Shown: in pieces, positions 9,651 to 20,033 of the stretch
Layout of the letters: the number at the start of each line of letters is the position of its first letter
Numbering within the stretch: the first letter of the stretch is position 1
From: an uncultured Planctomycetaceae bacterium
GTDB lineage: Bacteria > Planctomycetota > Planctomycetia > Planctomycetales > Planctomycetaceae
Length of the DNA: 64,000 nt
Reading direction: 5' to 3'
Assembly: GCA_963976765.1 (NCBI GenBank)
Contig: CAXBME010000023.1
Coordinates: 1 to 64,000, forward strand
Notes under the pieces: model-generated
Told to the model about the DNA's origin: nothing
The model's database searches: none
The model's input: only the letters and a program-made list of their open reading frames with translations
Made by a program: the position numbers and the translations under genes

Positions 9651-10469
9651 ATGCGAGGACAACGAATCTGTTTCATCAATCAGAAGGGTGGCTGCGGGAA
9701 GAGTTCGACCTGTTTTCATCTGGGCGGTGAATTCGCGGCACGTGGCATGAATGTGCTGCTGGTTGACTGCGATCCACAGGGCTCACTCAGTCAGGGATTC
9801 TTCGGATCGAACTACGTCCGATCACTCGCCCCGAATGACACGCTGGCCGGGGTGTTTGAGGACACGGTTTCGATTTCTATCGTCGGACCGGAACCAGTCC
9901 CGACCCCGTTTTCGGGGCTTTCGATTGTCCCGGCGAACCAGCACCTCGCCCGATTCAACACGCCGCAACCGGAGTGTGCCGGCATGTCGCAACACACGCT
10001 GCGGTGTTACCTCGACCAGTTCACGGGGTTTGATGTCGTGCTGCTCGACTGCCCGCCGAATCTGTATCAGTGCAGCTGGAACGCGATGGTGGCAGCGGAC
10101 GCCGTGATCGTGCCTGTTCCGCCCGAGGACTTTGGAACTCAGGGGTTGCCGGTGGTCGCACAGGCTGTGATCAGTGTGCGAGCCCTGAATCCCGGGCTGG
10201 AGTTACTCGGTCACCTGATCACGCGAAGTGATGGCCGGCTGCTCGTTCACCGAAGTTACGAACGGAAGCTCCGGGAAGCATATGGCTCGACGGTTTTCAC
10301 CACCGTCATTCCGGAAGCGTCGGCATTCAAGGTGGCACTCACCTGTCGCAAACCAGTCTCGATGCACGCTCCCGGTTCAAAGGCTGCTCGACTGACTTCG
10401 GAACTGGCCCGCGAGATTCTGGATCGCGTCAATGGATTCACCGAGAAGGGTAATCTGGCAAAGGCATGA
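9651..10469 (+). CDS. parA: ParA/Soj family partition ATPase
   Basis: Deviant Walker A NQKGGCGKSST, VDCDPQGS and LLDCPP. Confidence 0.93.
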   Translation: MRGQRICFINQKGGCGKSSTCFHLGGEFAARGMNVLLVDCDPQGSLSQGFFGSNYVRSLAPNDTLAGVFEDTVSISIVGPEPVPTPFSGLSIVPANQHLARFNTPQPECAGMSQHTLRCYLDQFTGFDVVLLDCPPNLYQCSWNAMVAADAVIVPVPPEDFGTQGLPVVAQAVISVRALNPGLELLGHLITRSDGRLLVHRSYERKLREAYGSTVFTTVIPEASAFKVALTCRKPVSMHAPGSKAARLTSELAREILDRVNGFTEKGNLAKA

Positions 10470-11368
10470 CAACGACAAAGGACACACTTAACCGCGTCGA
10501 GTCATACTTCGACGAATCGATTGGCCATTCGGCCGAGACTCAGCCCGATCTGGCACCTGTTTCGAATCCCAGAGATGCCGGGCGCACAGCGACTCGCAAC
10601 ACCGGCCGAGTTGATATCGACCGCGTCATTCCTGACCCGGATCAGCCACGTGCAAACTTCACTGAGGAATCACTGGATCGGCTCGCTCAAAGTCTGCGTG
10701 ACAAAGGCCAGCTCCACCCCATTCACGTTCGATGGTCAGAGCCCGTGGAAAAGTGGATCATCATTTCCGGCGAACGACGCTGGCGGGCGTCACAACTGGC
10801 CGGCCTGACCACGATCGAATGTCGTTTTCACGAGGCCGAACTTTCCGAATCCGAAGTCCGTGAACAGCAACTGATCGAGAACTGTCTGCGCGAAGATCTG
10901 CAGGCACTCGAAGAGGCGAAGGCGTTTCAGGCACTGATCGAGCTGAATGGCTGGACCGGAAAACAACTGGCGGAAGCCTTGCGTGTTTCTCCCACACGAA
11001 TCAGTCGTATGCTCGCGCTGCTGAAACTGCCGGCTGATATTCAGCAACATGTGGCCGAAGGACAAATTCCAACTCGAACGGCATACGAACTGACCCGGAT
11101 CGCGGACGAGAATACTCAGCGACGTCTCGCCCGGCAGGCGATGCAGGGCCAGTTGAGTTCGCAGGCCGCCGCCAGAAAAGTTGCCCAGCACCGAGGCAAG
11201 CCCAAGCGGCCATCAACGGGAACACAGCTGATCTTTCCTTCGGAACACGGATGGAAGGTCACGGTCTCCGCCAGTTGCAAAGGGACGTACTACGACATTG
11301 AACGGGCTCTTGATGAAGCGCTCACGGAAGTGCGGCATCGGATCGACAACGGCGTGCAGATTTTCTAA
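10466..11368 (+). CDS. parB: ParB/RepB/Spo0J family partition protein
   Basis: PDPDQPR, IISGERRWRA and ENCLREDL followed by an HTH; ATGA overlap with parA. Confidence 0.93.
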   Translation: MTTTKDTLNRVESYFDESIGHSAETQPDLAPVSNPRDAGRTATRNTGRVDIDRVIPDPDQPRANFTEESLDRLAQSLRDKGQLHPIHVRWSEPVEKWIIISGERRWRASQLAGLTTIECRFHEAELSESEVREQQLIENCLREDLQALEEAKAFQALIELNGWTGKQLAEALRVSPTRISRMLALLKLPADIQQHVAEGQIPTRTAYELTRIADENTQRRLARQAMQGQLSSQAAARKVAQHRGKPKRPSTGTQLIFPSEHGWKVTVSASCKGTYYDIERALDEALTEVRHRIDNGVQIF

Positions 11369-11685
11369 CGGGCGCCGTGCCGGACGTCACTGCGAGCGGA
11401 TTCAAGCCACATGGATTTCACTGGGAACCCAACTGTGATTTTCGCCCTGAGATGGACTCGCCCAGTGGGCGACCCGCAAATCGGGTGACCCCGGTCGGAT
11501 TCCCGCGTCGCGGGAGATCCGGGTCGGTGTCACAGTTCGCCACCGGATTCCCCGGTGCGTTCGCACCTGGGACATCTCGGCAGCTCACCCACCCGCGCCT
11601 TGCTGTTTCCGCGTCGCGGAAGACGCTCGGCTGCCACCCCTTTACGGACGACGGGCTCCGCCCCTGGCCGCCATCTCTTCAGGTT

Positions 11686-11869
11686 CGCTGAACGCTCACC
11701 GCCCTGAACGGGCTGCCGCACGTCGGCCGGGGCCGACGGTACGGGCGGGCTGAACGCCCGCAGGCTCGCTGGGCCGCTCGCCCTGGAACGAACCGGCTGG
11801 GGCCGGTTGCGTTCCCTTCCGCCTCCGCTGAACGCTCCGGCGGTCTACCGCGACCTGAACGGTCGCGGT
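11686..11869. repeat. Cluster of hairpins/repeats sharing a C-TGAAC-G core
   Basis: GCCC-TGAAC-GGGC (11701-11713), GCGGGC-TGAAC-GCCCGC (11745-11761), ACCGCGACC-TGAAC-GGTCGCGGT (11847-11869); CGCTGAACGCTC at 11686 and 11826. Confidence 0.7.
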
Positions 11870-12132
11870 GCCATACAGACTGATTTTGCGGCCCACAGTT
11901 CTGTGACGGCACAGGCCAACAGGTGGAACATGAGGCCGGCAGCGACCTGACCCTTTCACATGCCGGTGCTCTGCCATCAGAATCTGTTGCTGTCACGGTA
12001 CTTGAGTGCGATCCGAATCGGCACGTGTTTGCTGATCGTGTCTCGTGACGAACACGTTGTCACCCTGTTACGCTTGTGGCATTCTGTCGAGGCTGATTTG
12101 GGACCGTCATTGCGATGTCAGGGGATCACTAA

Positions 12133-13131
12133 GTGCCAGGAGATTCCGTCCGAATTCGTGGCCGGCACTATCCCGTGATCGAACGGTATCGGATTCATCA
12201 ACGGACCTATCTTGCCATTGAGAAACTGAGCCATCCGGAACGTCAACGGTTCAAAGTCTTCGATCCGCACGCCGGTCCTGGCGGACTGTTTGCCGTGCTG
12301 CATGTCCTGCCTTCGTCGCGGGAAACCGTTGAACGAATTCGACTGCTGCAAGAGCTGAATACCGGCAATCAGGAACTTCCGCAGATTCGCGACTACCAGA
12401 AAAAGGACAATGGTGTTTTCGTCGTTTTGAACTGGGTGGACGGTGACAATCTTCGCAGCAGGCTCAATCGAATTAGAGAGCGCCAAATGCGACCGATGGG
12501 AACACCCGAAGTCATTCGCCTGGTCCGCGGCCTGGCTCACGGTCTTGCTCATCTGCACCGACATCGAGGAATCATTCACGCTGACGTCAAACCCGCTAAT
12601 CTGATTCTGACTCCAAATCCGACACGCCTGGCACTCATCGATTACGGGAGCGCGTGGCAAGTCGTTCGAACGAAACAGCGCGGAGCTGGTGACGGACTCA
12701 CTGGCTCGTATGCCGCACCCGAAGTCCTGCGATGCGATGATTATGTCAGTTCGCGTGCCGATTATTTTTCACTCTGCGCTGTTTGCTACCAGATGCTGAC
12801 CGGAACCATCCCGTATGACGGACTGGGCGGAAGCGCGGGACTCCCGCAACACCGCGACGAAATGGAGTCAACTCTCGTGCCACCCAGTGAGCTGAGTCCA
12901 GACGCAGAGCGGATTGCCAGGGCTCACTGGCAACGAATTGACCAGCTGATTTGCCGGGGTCTGGCGCTCGACGCCGACAACCGTCACCGCACGGCCGACG
13001 AATGGCTCAATGAATGGAACGAGATTCACTCACAGTTCCAGCAGAAGCCACAGCGAGGATGGATCAGTCGAGGATTTCTCCGTGTCATCGACTGGCTTGA
13101 CGGAGAACGCAGCGGCAGTGGTGTGCTCTAA
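12133..13131 (+). CDS. Hanks-type Ser/Thr protein kinase, atypical N-lobe
   Basis: IIHADVKPANLIL, LIDYG, SYAAPE and ADYFSL present; no GxGxxG; beta3 reads AVLH instead of VAIK. Confidence 0.85.
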   Translation: MPGDSVRIRGRHYPVIERYRIHQRTYLAIEKLSHPERQRFKVFDPHAGPGGLFAVLHVLPSSRETVERIRLLQELNTGNQELPQIRDYQKKDNGVFVVLNWVDGDNLRSRLNRIRERQMRPMGTPEVIRLVRGLAHGLAHLHRHRGIIHADVKPANLILTPNPTRLALIDYGSAWQVVRTKQRGAGDGLTGSYAAPEVLRCDDYVSSRADYFSLCAVCYQMLTGTIPYDGLGGSAGLPQHRDEMESTLVPPSELSPDAERIARAHWQRIDQLICRGLALDADNRHRTADEWLNEWNEIHSQFQQKPQRGWISRGFLRVIDWLDGERSGSGVL

Positions 13132-14222
13132 CCTTTACGCTTCAAGTCGTGCAATTTAAGTCCTTTACTCAATTGATGTTCGGGACTCCATTCAAAGCGA
13201 TCACCGCAATCGCAGTGGTACTTTCTCTTCCTTCCGTTCGTTGGCACAAGCACGTGGGGCTCAAGACGCTTGCCATCTCGCAACGTTGGTTTGCCCTCAG
13301 AAAGCAGTCGGGGTTTTCCGAATGGGCACGACGCGCAAGCGTCGGGACTTCCGGGATAGGGTGGAGGCCCACCACCATCTGCAATGGTGACGAGCCGGCG
13401 CAGTTCCTCCAGTGCGTCGTGGAACGGCTTCCGGTAGCGAGGATGATTCGGTACGGCGATACCTCGCATCGTGTCCCCGTAAAGAATAATCCCGTAGGGA
13501 ACGTCAGCCCCTATCTGGGATTCGACCAGATGGCAGTAGGCCATAATCCGTACAAGATGCTGAGGCTTCGGGTAATCATGGACGGACCTTGTCCGGAATA
13601 CCGGAATCGCCCACGAATCTCGTTGCAGCACGCGAAACGGACTCCCGTCGAGCTTCCAGTTATTGTCTGCCAGACGATCGCAGCGTTGCGATACAAATCC
13701 AGACTTCCAGAGATCCCACCAGAACACCGGCGTGGTGTCAGTCGCCGCCGGATCGGGTTCACGCCTGGTTCCAAGATCGGCCGCCCGTAGCCGACGGATG
13801 AGTTCGTTGAGGCAGCTCGTCGTCGATAAGAGAAATGGAACGAGCGCGATCATCACGATGAAAAGTAGCAGAGCGGTGGAACGGGCGTATTGGAAACTGT
13901 CGAAAGCAGCCAGCGACGAGCAAATCGTGGCAGTAACAATCAGAGCACCCAGACCGCACAGAAGCCGCCGCCATCTTTGGGCGATCGAGTCTCTGATGTC
14001 CTCAAGTTCATAGACTGGAAGTAAATCCAGAACGGGCATGTCGTCACGCCGGTTCACATCCTTTGATTCGGCGGCCAGCAGGCCAGCTCGTTTGCAGTAC
14101 ACGACATTGGCCACACTGGAAGCACTGATGAAGTCCCCATTTTCGACTTTGAGTCGGGACGCTCGAACCGGTTCGGCTTCACCTTTGTTTCGAGTGACCA
14201 TGGGCGCTACCGCACCTTCCAT
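13128..14222 (-). CDS. Membrane-anchored Cas4-like (PD-(D/E)XK fold) protein with degenerate active site
   Basis: ISASSVANVVYCKR N-motif, two hydrophobic helices, LDGSPF..IPVFRT..HLVRIMAYCHLVE..YGIILY, C-terminal CASCPF and HCDC. Confidence 0.6.
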   Translation of the reverse strand: MEGAVAPMVTRNKGEAEPVRASRLKVENGDFISASSVANVVYCKRAGLLAAESKDVNRRDDMPVLDLLPVYELEDIRDSIAQRWRRLLCGLGALIVTATICSSLAAFDSFQYARSTALLLFIVMIALVPFLLSTTSCLNELIRRLRAADLGTRREPDPAATDTTPVFWWDLWKSGFVSQRCDRLADNNWKLDGSPFRVLQRDSWAIPVFRTRSVHDYPKPQHLVRIMAYCHLVESQIGADVPYGIILYGDTMRGIAVPNHPRYRKPFHDALEELRRLVTIADGGGPPPYPGSPDACASCPFGKPRLLSEGKPTLRDGKRLEPHVLVPTNGRKRKYHCDCGDRFEWSPEHQLSKGLKLHDLKRKG

Positions 14223-15265
14223 TTTCGAAGTGCGGCAATGACCGGCTGAAAATCACCCGGTCGAGACCGCCGTGATGCAGACAATGATGTTTTCAATACT
14301 TCCGCGAGCGATGGGGGTAACTTGAGTTTCCGCATAGTTGCTGCGTGCTTCGTCCGGGACGGCAAGTCACCACTGAGGATGTGAAGTGCTACACGAGCCC
14401 AGCTGTAGATGTCGGCCCGGTGATCGACATCGTCCGAATCCGCTTCCGGCGCCCGATACTCATCAGCCGGCCATTCATCCGGAGCAACGGTCAGGCCGTG
14501 ATCCACCAGCTTGCTCAGTTCGAATTCCGTCAGGACAGCCGATCCGTCGCCGGACCGGATCAGAATTGATGCCGGTGTCAGCTCACGACGGATGACGCCC
14601 AGCGTGTGAATTGCCGCAAGTCCCTCTGCAATGCCGAGTAACAGTTGCTGTGATTGCCGTCGCGAAAACGTGTCTGAGCGCAGCCGTGAACTTAGCGGTT
14701 CACCTTCCACCCATTCATCAATCACCCAGTAGTACGGTTCCCGTGGATCCCGGAATACCGTTTCATTCGTAATGACATTGGGGTGATACTTCACGGCCCG
14801 GCAGACTTTCGGGTGACGTTTCATCCACGTCACACACCGCTGTTCTTCTTCAGTGGAAAGCCGACTCAGGTCGTAGCGTTTGCCGCGAGCCAGATCATCC
14901 AGTTCAAGGTGCCGCATTCGACAGATTTGAAATCGCAGTCCGTTGGACGCTTCGATCCACTCTGTCATGACGTCGGTGACCCGATACTCATGCACCGTCA
15001 TCACGTCCGAAGCAGACACGTCGGCGGCGTCAGTGGCGTCTGATTCCAGCAGAGATTCGAGACTCTCCACGCCAAGTGCCTGCCGGATTCCATGAGCCGT
15101 TCTTAAAGACGCTGCAAGTCCCTTGCTGAGGACATTGTTAATTGTGCCAGTGCTGACCTCGGCTTTGTGAGCCAGTTTCTCGTGCGTCCAGCCAAGGTCC
15201 AGGCAGCGGCGTGAAATCTCTGCCACATCCAGTTTCACATTCCCGGATTTATCCCTGATCGCCAT
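14207..15265 (-). CDS. XRE-type HTH fused to a pseudokinase domain
   Basis: LGWTHEKLAHKAEVSTGTINNV HTH; kinase scaffold HPNVI, EWVEG, YRAPE and ADIYSW, but IRRELTPASIL in place of HRDLKPxN and TEFE in place of DFG. Confidence 0.8.
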   Translation of the reverse strand: MAIRDKSGNVKLDVAEISRRCLDLGWTHEKLAHKAEVSTGTINNVLSKGLAASLRTAHGIRQALGVESLESLLESDATDAADVSASDVMTVHEYRVTDVMTEWIEASNGLRFQICRMRHLELDDLARGKRYDLSRLSTEEEQRCVTWMKRHPKVCRAVKYHPNVITNETVFRDPREPYYWVIDEWVEGEPLSSRLRSDTFSRRQSQQLLLGIAEGLAAIHTLGVIRRELTPASILIRSGDGSAVLTEFELSKLVDHGLTVAPDEWPADEYRAPEADSDDVDHRADIYSWARVALHILSGDLPSRTKHAATMRKLKLPPSLAEVLKTSLSASRRSRPGDFQPVIAALRKWKVR

Positions 15266-15465
15266 AGCGACGGCCTTGATCGAAACCACGAAGCGGCACG
15301 AATTTCCAGAAAATGTCTCTCACTGAACCAGGTTGAACCGGATTGTATGGAGCCTGTTTTTCGGTCTCGATCTAATCGCACGCACTCGGATTCAACGGAC
15401 ATTCCGGTATTCAGTTTACCGACCCGAAATCTGATCTCCAACGCGACGCCGAAAGGACTGGTTTC

Positions 15466-15888
15466 ATGTTGCAACGAAGTGTGCAGTGGTTTGTAGATCG
15501 GCTGGCCGAACGATTCGTGCCGATTGTCGGAGCGTTCTACGCGTCCGCTCTTCAGAAAATGATGATCCTCGGTCATGCCGAGCATCACAACCAGATGGAA
15601 GAACAGGCCCGCCGCTATGAAGACGCGGGCAAGCCGCACCTGGCGGCCATGATTCGGCAGCAGGCGGGCAAAGTCTCCCTGGATGATCCATTGCAGATGT
15701 CTCCGATGGTGATCGGAAACGTCTCGCCGGAAGAAGGTCGGCTGACGGACGGCCTTGCGATGACGCCGCGTGGATTGCCGGACGTGGAAGCAACTTCCTC
15801 GAAACCACGGAGAAAGAAGCGGACGAAGAACGAAGTCGAAGCCAATCAGAACTCCAGTGAAAGCGGGAACGAATGCCCCCTTCTCTAA
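15466..15888 (+). CDS. Hypothetical protein (140 aa)
   Basis: ATG ORF divergent from the HTH-pseudokinase gene; overlaps the start of the next gene. Confidence 0.6.
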   Translation: MLQRSVQWFVDRLAERFVPIVGAFYASALQKMMILGHAEHHNQMEEQARRYEDAGKPHLAAMIRQQAGKVSLDDPLQMSPMVIGNVSPEEGRLTDGLAMTPRGLPDVEATSSKPRRKKRTKNEVEANQNSSESGNECPLL

Positions 15889-16511
15889 GACTCACCAGAC
15901 GCGACGTTGTCGTCCTGCAGGCTCTGAGTCTGAAAGTGCGGCTGTTCGGACTGCGCCAGATCGCTGACGCCATCTGGTTCGGACACATTGCCAACGCGCG
16001 ACGACGGCTACGGCGACTTGTCACAGCCGGTCTGGTTTACCGGCAGATCACGCCCGCTCAGCCGTTACCGGAATTGACCGGTCCGGTCTTTGAATGGCAG
16101 CCCGGCGATCGGGAGCCGAATGCCGGACAGATTTCGTTCCGATTGAAGAGCCGGTGGAAATATCAGGCCCTGCGGCAGACCGTCGTGTATCTGGCAGCCG
16201 AAAACACGGTCGAGCATTTCGGCGGTCGACCACATCACAACCAGATCTCGACGCAGGTCACGCATGACCTGGGCGTGGCAGCCGTCTGGTTGTGGTTTCA
16301 TCTCTACGCCCCACACCTCGCTGCTGCATGGCAGGGAGAAGATCGGATCGCTCCTGAACGACGCGGTGAAACACTGCCGGATGCTGTGCTGATCAGTCGC
16401 GACATGCAGCCGGCCATGATGATCGAATTTGGTGGCAGCTACGGGCCGAAGCGGATTGAAGAGTTTCATGACGACGCCGCGATGCGCGGCTTGCCCTATC
16501 AAATCTGGTGA
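15873..16511 (+). CDS. Replication-relaxation (Replic_Relax-like) protein, putative relaxase
   Basis: LTRRD..VL..L, ARRRLRRL..AG wHTH, HDLGVAAV, W.GE, PDAVL and IEFGGSY pattern. Confidence 0.65.
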   Translation: MPPSLRLTRRDVVVLQALSLKVRLFGLRQIADAIWFGHIANARRRLRRLVTAGLVYRQITPAQPLPELTGPVFEWQPGDREPNAGQISFRLKSRWKYQALRQTVVYLAAENTVEHFGGRPHHNQISTQVTHDLGVAAVWLWFHLYAPHLAAAWQGEDRIAPERRGETLPDAVLISRDMQPAMMIEFGGSYGPKRIEEFHDDAAMRGLPYQIW

Positions 16512-16518
16512 GGGATCG

Positions 16519-17196
16519 ATGCCAGTCATTATCAGAAAACGAGACAAAGCCATTCTCGACCATATTCTTCGATACCGGTTGACCACCAACGCCGTCCTGC
16601 ATCGGACTCTGTTCCCGGAACAATCGATGAACGCGGTAACGAAAGTCACGGCTCGTCTCTGCCGGCGAGGCCTGCTCCGACGATATCCGCTGGTTCCACC
16701 GGAAACGTACTTCACTGCCGGTCCCGAAGCGGTCCGGCAGTTCGGCGTTCCGTCACGGAGGACGGAACCACTTGGCCCACAGGCGCTGCCCATCGACTAC
16801 GCCGTTCTGATTTATGCCACACACGGCAAGCAGGCATGTCGGCGAATGACATCCGATGAGCTTGCCGCGTACATGCCGTGGCTGCCGGACGAACTGACCC
16901 GCACACCGTACTGCGTTGGTGAAAGTGGTCGGCTGGATCTGGTGCGTGTTGATTTAGGGGGATCACCTCAACACGTCGCCCGCAAAACAGCCGCCGACGT
17001 TTCGGCCCGGCTGTCGATTCCCGAACTGACCGAACTGGCAGCAGCCGGCAGGTTTCAGATCGTGATTCTCACCACCACCGACGACAAGGCCCGCCTGATT
17101 TCAGCGGCGTTCGAGGCACTGGGCTGGTCGGATCAGGTTCGCATCCATCTGGCTGCAGTCTCACGTCTGAGTTTTCTTCAGCTCCGAGGTCACTGA
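16519..17196 (+). CDS. Second Replic_Relax-like winged-helix protein
   Basis: RDKAILDHILRYRLTT N-terminus typical of the family; 7 nt after the previous gene. Confidence 0.55.
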   Translation: MPVIIRKRDKAILDHILRYRLTTNAVLHRTLFPEQSMNAVTKVTARLCRRGLLRRYPLVPPETYFTAGPEAVRQFGVPSRRTEPLGPQALPIDYAVLIYATHGKQACRRMTSDELAAYMPWLPDELTRTPYCVGESGRLDLVRVDLGGSPQHVARKTAADVSARLSIPELTELAAAGRFQIVILTTTDDKARLISAAFEALGWSDQVRIHLAAVSRLSFLQLRGH

Positions 17197-17239
17197 ACCA
17201 GTTACCGCGATCATCGCGGACATCCTGAAATGACGACTC

Positions 17240-19803
17240 ATGCCACGACCTGTCTATCATCAATCACCAGGTAACCCAATCCAGTCGGATCGCCTTCCGG
17301 TCGAACCGATGGGTTTCGAGTTCGCGCACAACGAGCCGGATCATGCGATGGCGCGGGAAGCCGTCCGGAACGTGATCGGCCGCGTCTGCGTTGCGAGCGT
17401 GATCGGACAGGCGGTCGGTTGCATTGATCTTTTCGCCGGAGTGTGGATTTTCCAGTACCCACTCGTGTTTGTCATTGCTGCACTCTTTGCGCGGCGACTG
17501 ATGTCTTCTGACATCATTAGAACGACGGTCATCGCTGCGCTGTCGCTTCTACTGCTCAACTGGTTCGATGCACGGTTACCGTGGCACTTCGAACTGGCTG
17601 TCCCGCTGCTGGCGATGGCGTTACTCGGTCGTGAGATCGCCAGAAACTATGTATTCCTCGCGACGGCGTCGCCAATGGACCGCGACCTTGCATGGCGGTG
17701 TCGCAACCTGGCCGGCTGGCAAACGCTCGCCAGCTCCACGCTGCTGTGTCCCATCGCCATCGGAATCTGCCTGCCAGGTTTGCTGGCTCCCTGCATGATG
17801 CTGACCCTGTTTCTGGTCCTTGGAGTCGTCTTTGTCAGAGGCGAATCACTTGCGGCCATCATGCGGGGTTTCTGGTCGGCCCTTCGCTGGTGGTGTGCCT
17901 ACAACGTCGGCAACGACCCGTCACCGGGAATTCTGCAGAGTCCGAGTGGAGACCTTCACGCGAGAACGCAATACCTGCTTCACGCTTCATCCCTCGCAGG
18001 ATTCCTCGCCGTTCGAACGACGCTGTCCATCCCGCTCATCGTCATGACGAGCGGATCGTTCAAACCTGTTGTGGACTGGTTCTCGTCACTGTCACCCCAG
18101 CTACTCGTGTTGAACTTTACGCTGCTTGCTTTGCTGTTTGTTTCAGCACCCATTGTTCTTCTGCTGACGACAATTTTCGTCGTGGGACTGCCGGTATTCG
18201 GCCACTATCGATTCGCCGCACAGAAGAAAGTCGCGCCGACTGAATGGCAGGCGCTGATGAATCAGATCTCCCAGTCACCAAATCCTCACGTGCAGGGCAG
18301 CATTTATCAGGGCCACGTAGCATGCAACGGATCGCCCGTGTGCATTCCACGTTCTGTCTTTCATACCCCTGTCCATATTGCCGGTGACACAGGCGTGGGA
18401 AAGACCGCTCGTGGCATCATACCACTGGCCGAACAGCTCCTGTCTGACTGCAACAGCAGCCTGGTCATGATCGACATGAAGGGCGATTCGCACGAACTGC
18501 TCGCCTCGTTGAAGAAGTCGGCCGACAGCGTCAGTCTTCAGACGGGGCAGCCGGTTCCGGTTCGTTACTTCACGACATTACGGGACGATGCGACATTCGC
18601 CTTCAACCCGTTCCTTTTTGAATGCTGGCCCCGACTCACCGTCGACCAGCAGGCTGACATCGTTTGTGCGGCACTCGGCCTGCTCTACGGAACGGGCTAT
18701 GGCGAAGGGCACTACAGCACGGCGAACACGGCCTTCGTGTATGCCGTGTTGAAACACTTCCCCGAAGTTCGGAGCTTTGCCGATCTCGCCGATCGAATGC
18801 GGTTTGCCCTCAAACGCCCGAAGTCAGTCGGCCTCGACGACTCCATTCAATCCGATGGCAGTCATGTGCGGAGGATCGTTGATCAGCTGGCGAATGTCAG
18901 TCCGCTCAACGTCTCAGCCGGAAACACGCCCTCTGACGATGTCATCGCGGAAATCATGGACCCCGCCGGACTATTTCAGCAACCGGAGATTCACTACTTC
19001 CACCTGTCAAGCACGCTCGGCCCGGGCGTTGCACCGCACATCGCCCGGCTCGCTGTCTACATGCTCTTAACCACGGCGAAACTGTCCAGTCGCGACAAGC
19101 AGGTTTATCTCATCATCGATGAGTTCCAGCGGATCGCCACCAGCAATCTCGATTACCTGCTCCAGCTGAGTCGCAGCATGGGCGTCGGCGTGACGCTGGC
19201 GAATCAGTCGATCGCCGATCTGAGAAAGTCCGGGCTGGACATCGTGATCGACTCCAACTGCCGCTATCGGCGCTGGTTCGGAGTGGCTGGGACCGCCTGA
19301 TGAATGGCAGCGGCGAATGTGTGGATCATCTGGGAGGCTGGTCCATGCAGACATCAACAGACAGTCAGGGCCGGCAGCGAGAAAGTTTCAGTAAGAGTGA
19401 CAAGGAATTCATCGGGCCACGCCTGACGAAAAATGACATCAAACTGGTCACTGACGATGACCGCAAGAGCATCATTCAATTGACACGCGGAGCCGGATAC
19501 AGCCAGTACGGTGGACTGCCGCTCGTCGTGGAATCGGACTTCCACATCACCAGAGAAGAGTACGAGCGGCGACGGGATTCACCCTGGCCGACAGGCGAGC
19601 ATGGCACCTTCAAGCCGGATGAGTGGGTGCCCAACGTGCGAACGCCGCTCCGGCAGAAGCCAGAACTCGTTCGACCTTCGACAATCACCCACGAGACGAT
19701 CGACGATTCGAATACCGGATCCCTCGGTCTGTTCGACCGTTACCTCGCCGATCATCCGTTTAACAACGCAGACGAACTTGACGGCAAGGGGGACGAATCA
19801 TGA
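17240..19803 (+). pseudogene. VirD4/TraG-like type IV coupling protein split near 19300
   Basis: Multi-TM N-terminus, Walker A GDTGVGKT, IDMKGD, Walker B IIDEFQ, LANQS; stop at 19300; the C-terminal part (SGE..S-rich..PRLTKNDI) continues in another frame at 19300-19803. Confidence 0.7.
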
Positions 19804-19928
19804 TGCGCCGCACCTGGACCGACCGTGATCTCGAAATCGTCGACGCGTTGACCTGCCGCGTTCGTGTACTCTCATTCGGTCAGATTTCCGAAGGATGGCC
19901 GTCAGCAATGGCCGCTTACCCGAGTTAG
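19800..19928 (+). pseudogene. Truncated third Replic_Relax-like gene (N-terminal 42 codons only)
   Basis: MMRRTWTDRDLEIVDALTCRVRVLSFGQISEGW resembles LTRRDVVVLQALSLKVRLFGLRQIADAIW of 15873; ATGA overlap with the T4CP tail; runs into AT-rich DNA. Confidence 0.65.
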
Positions 19929-20033
19929 GCTACGCAATCAATTCAATGTACCCATTTACTGATAAGTTACTTCAATCTGTCTGGGACAACTTGAAGCACA
20001 ATGTGCTGGAAAATGCGATATTAGTGGGCAGAG

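Noticed and set aside
13128..14222. CRISPR-Cas locus suggested by the Cas4-like gene
   Set aside because: No repeat-spacer array and no cas1, cas2 or effector genes seen in the window
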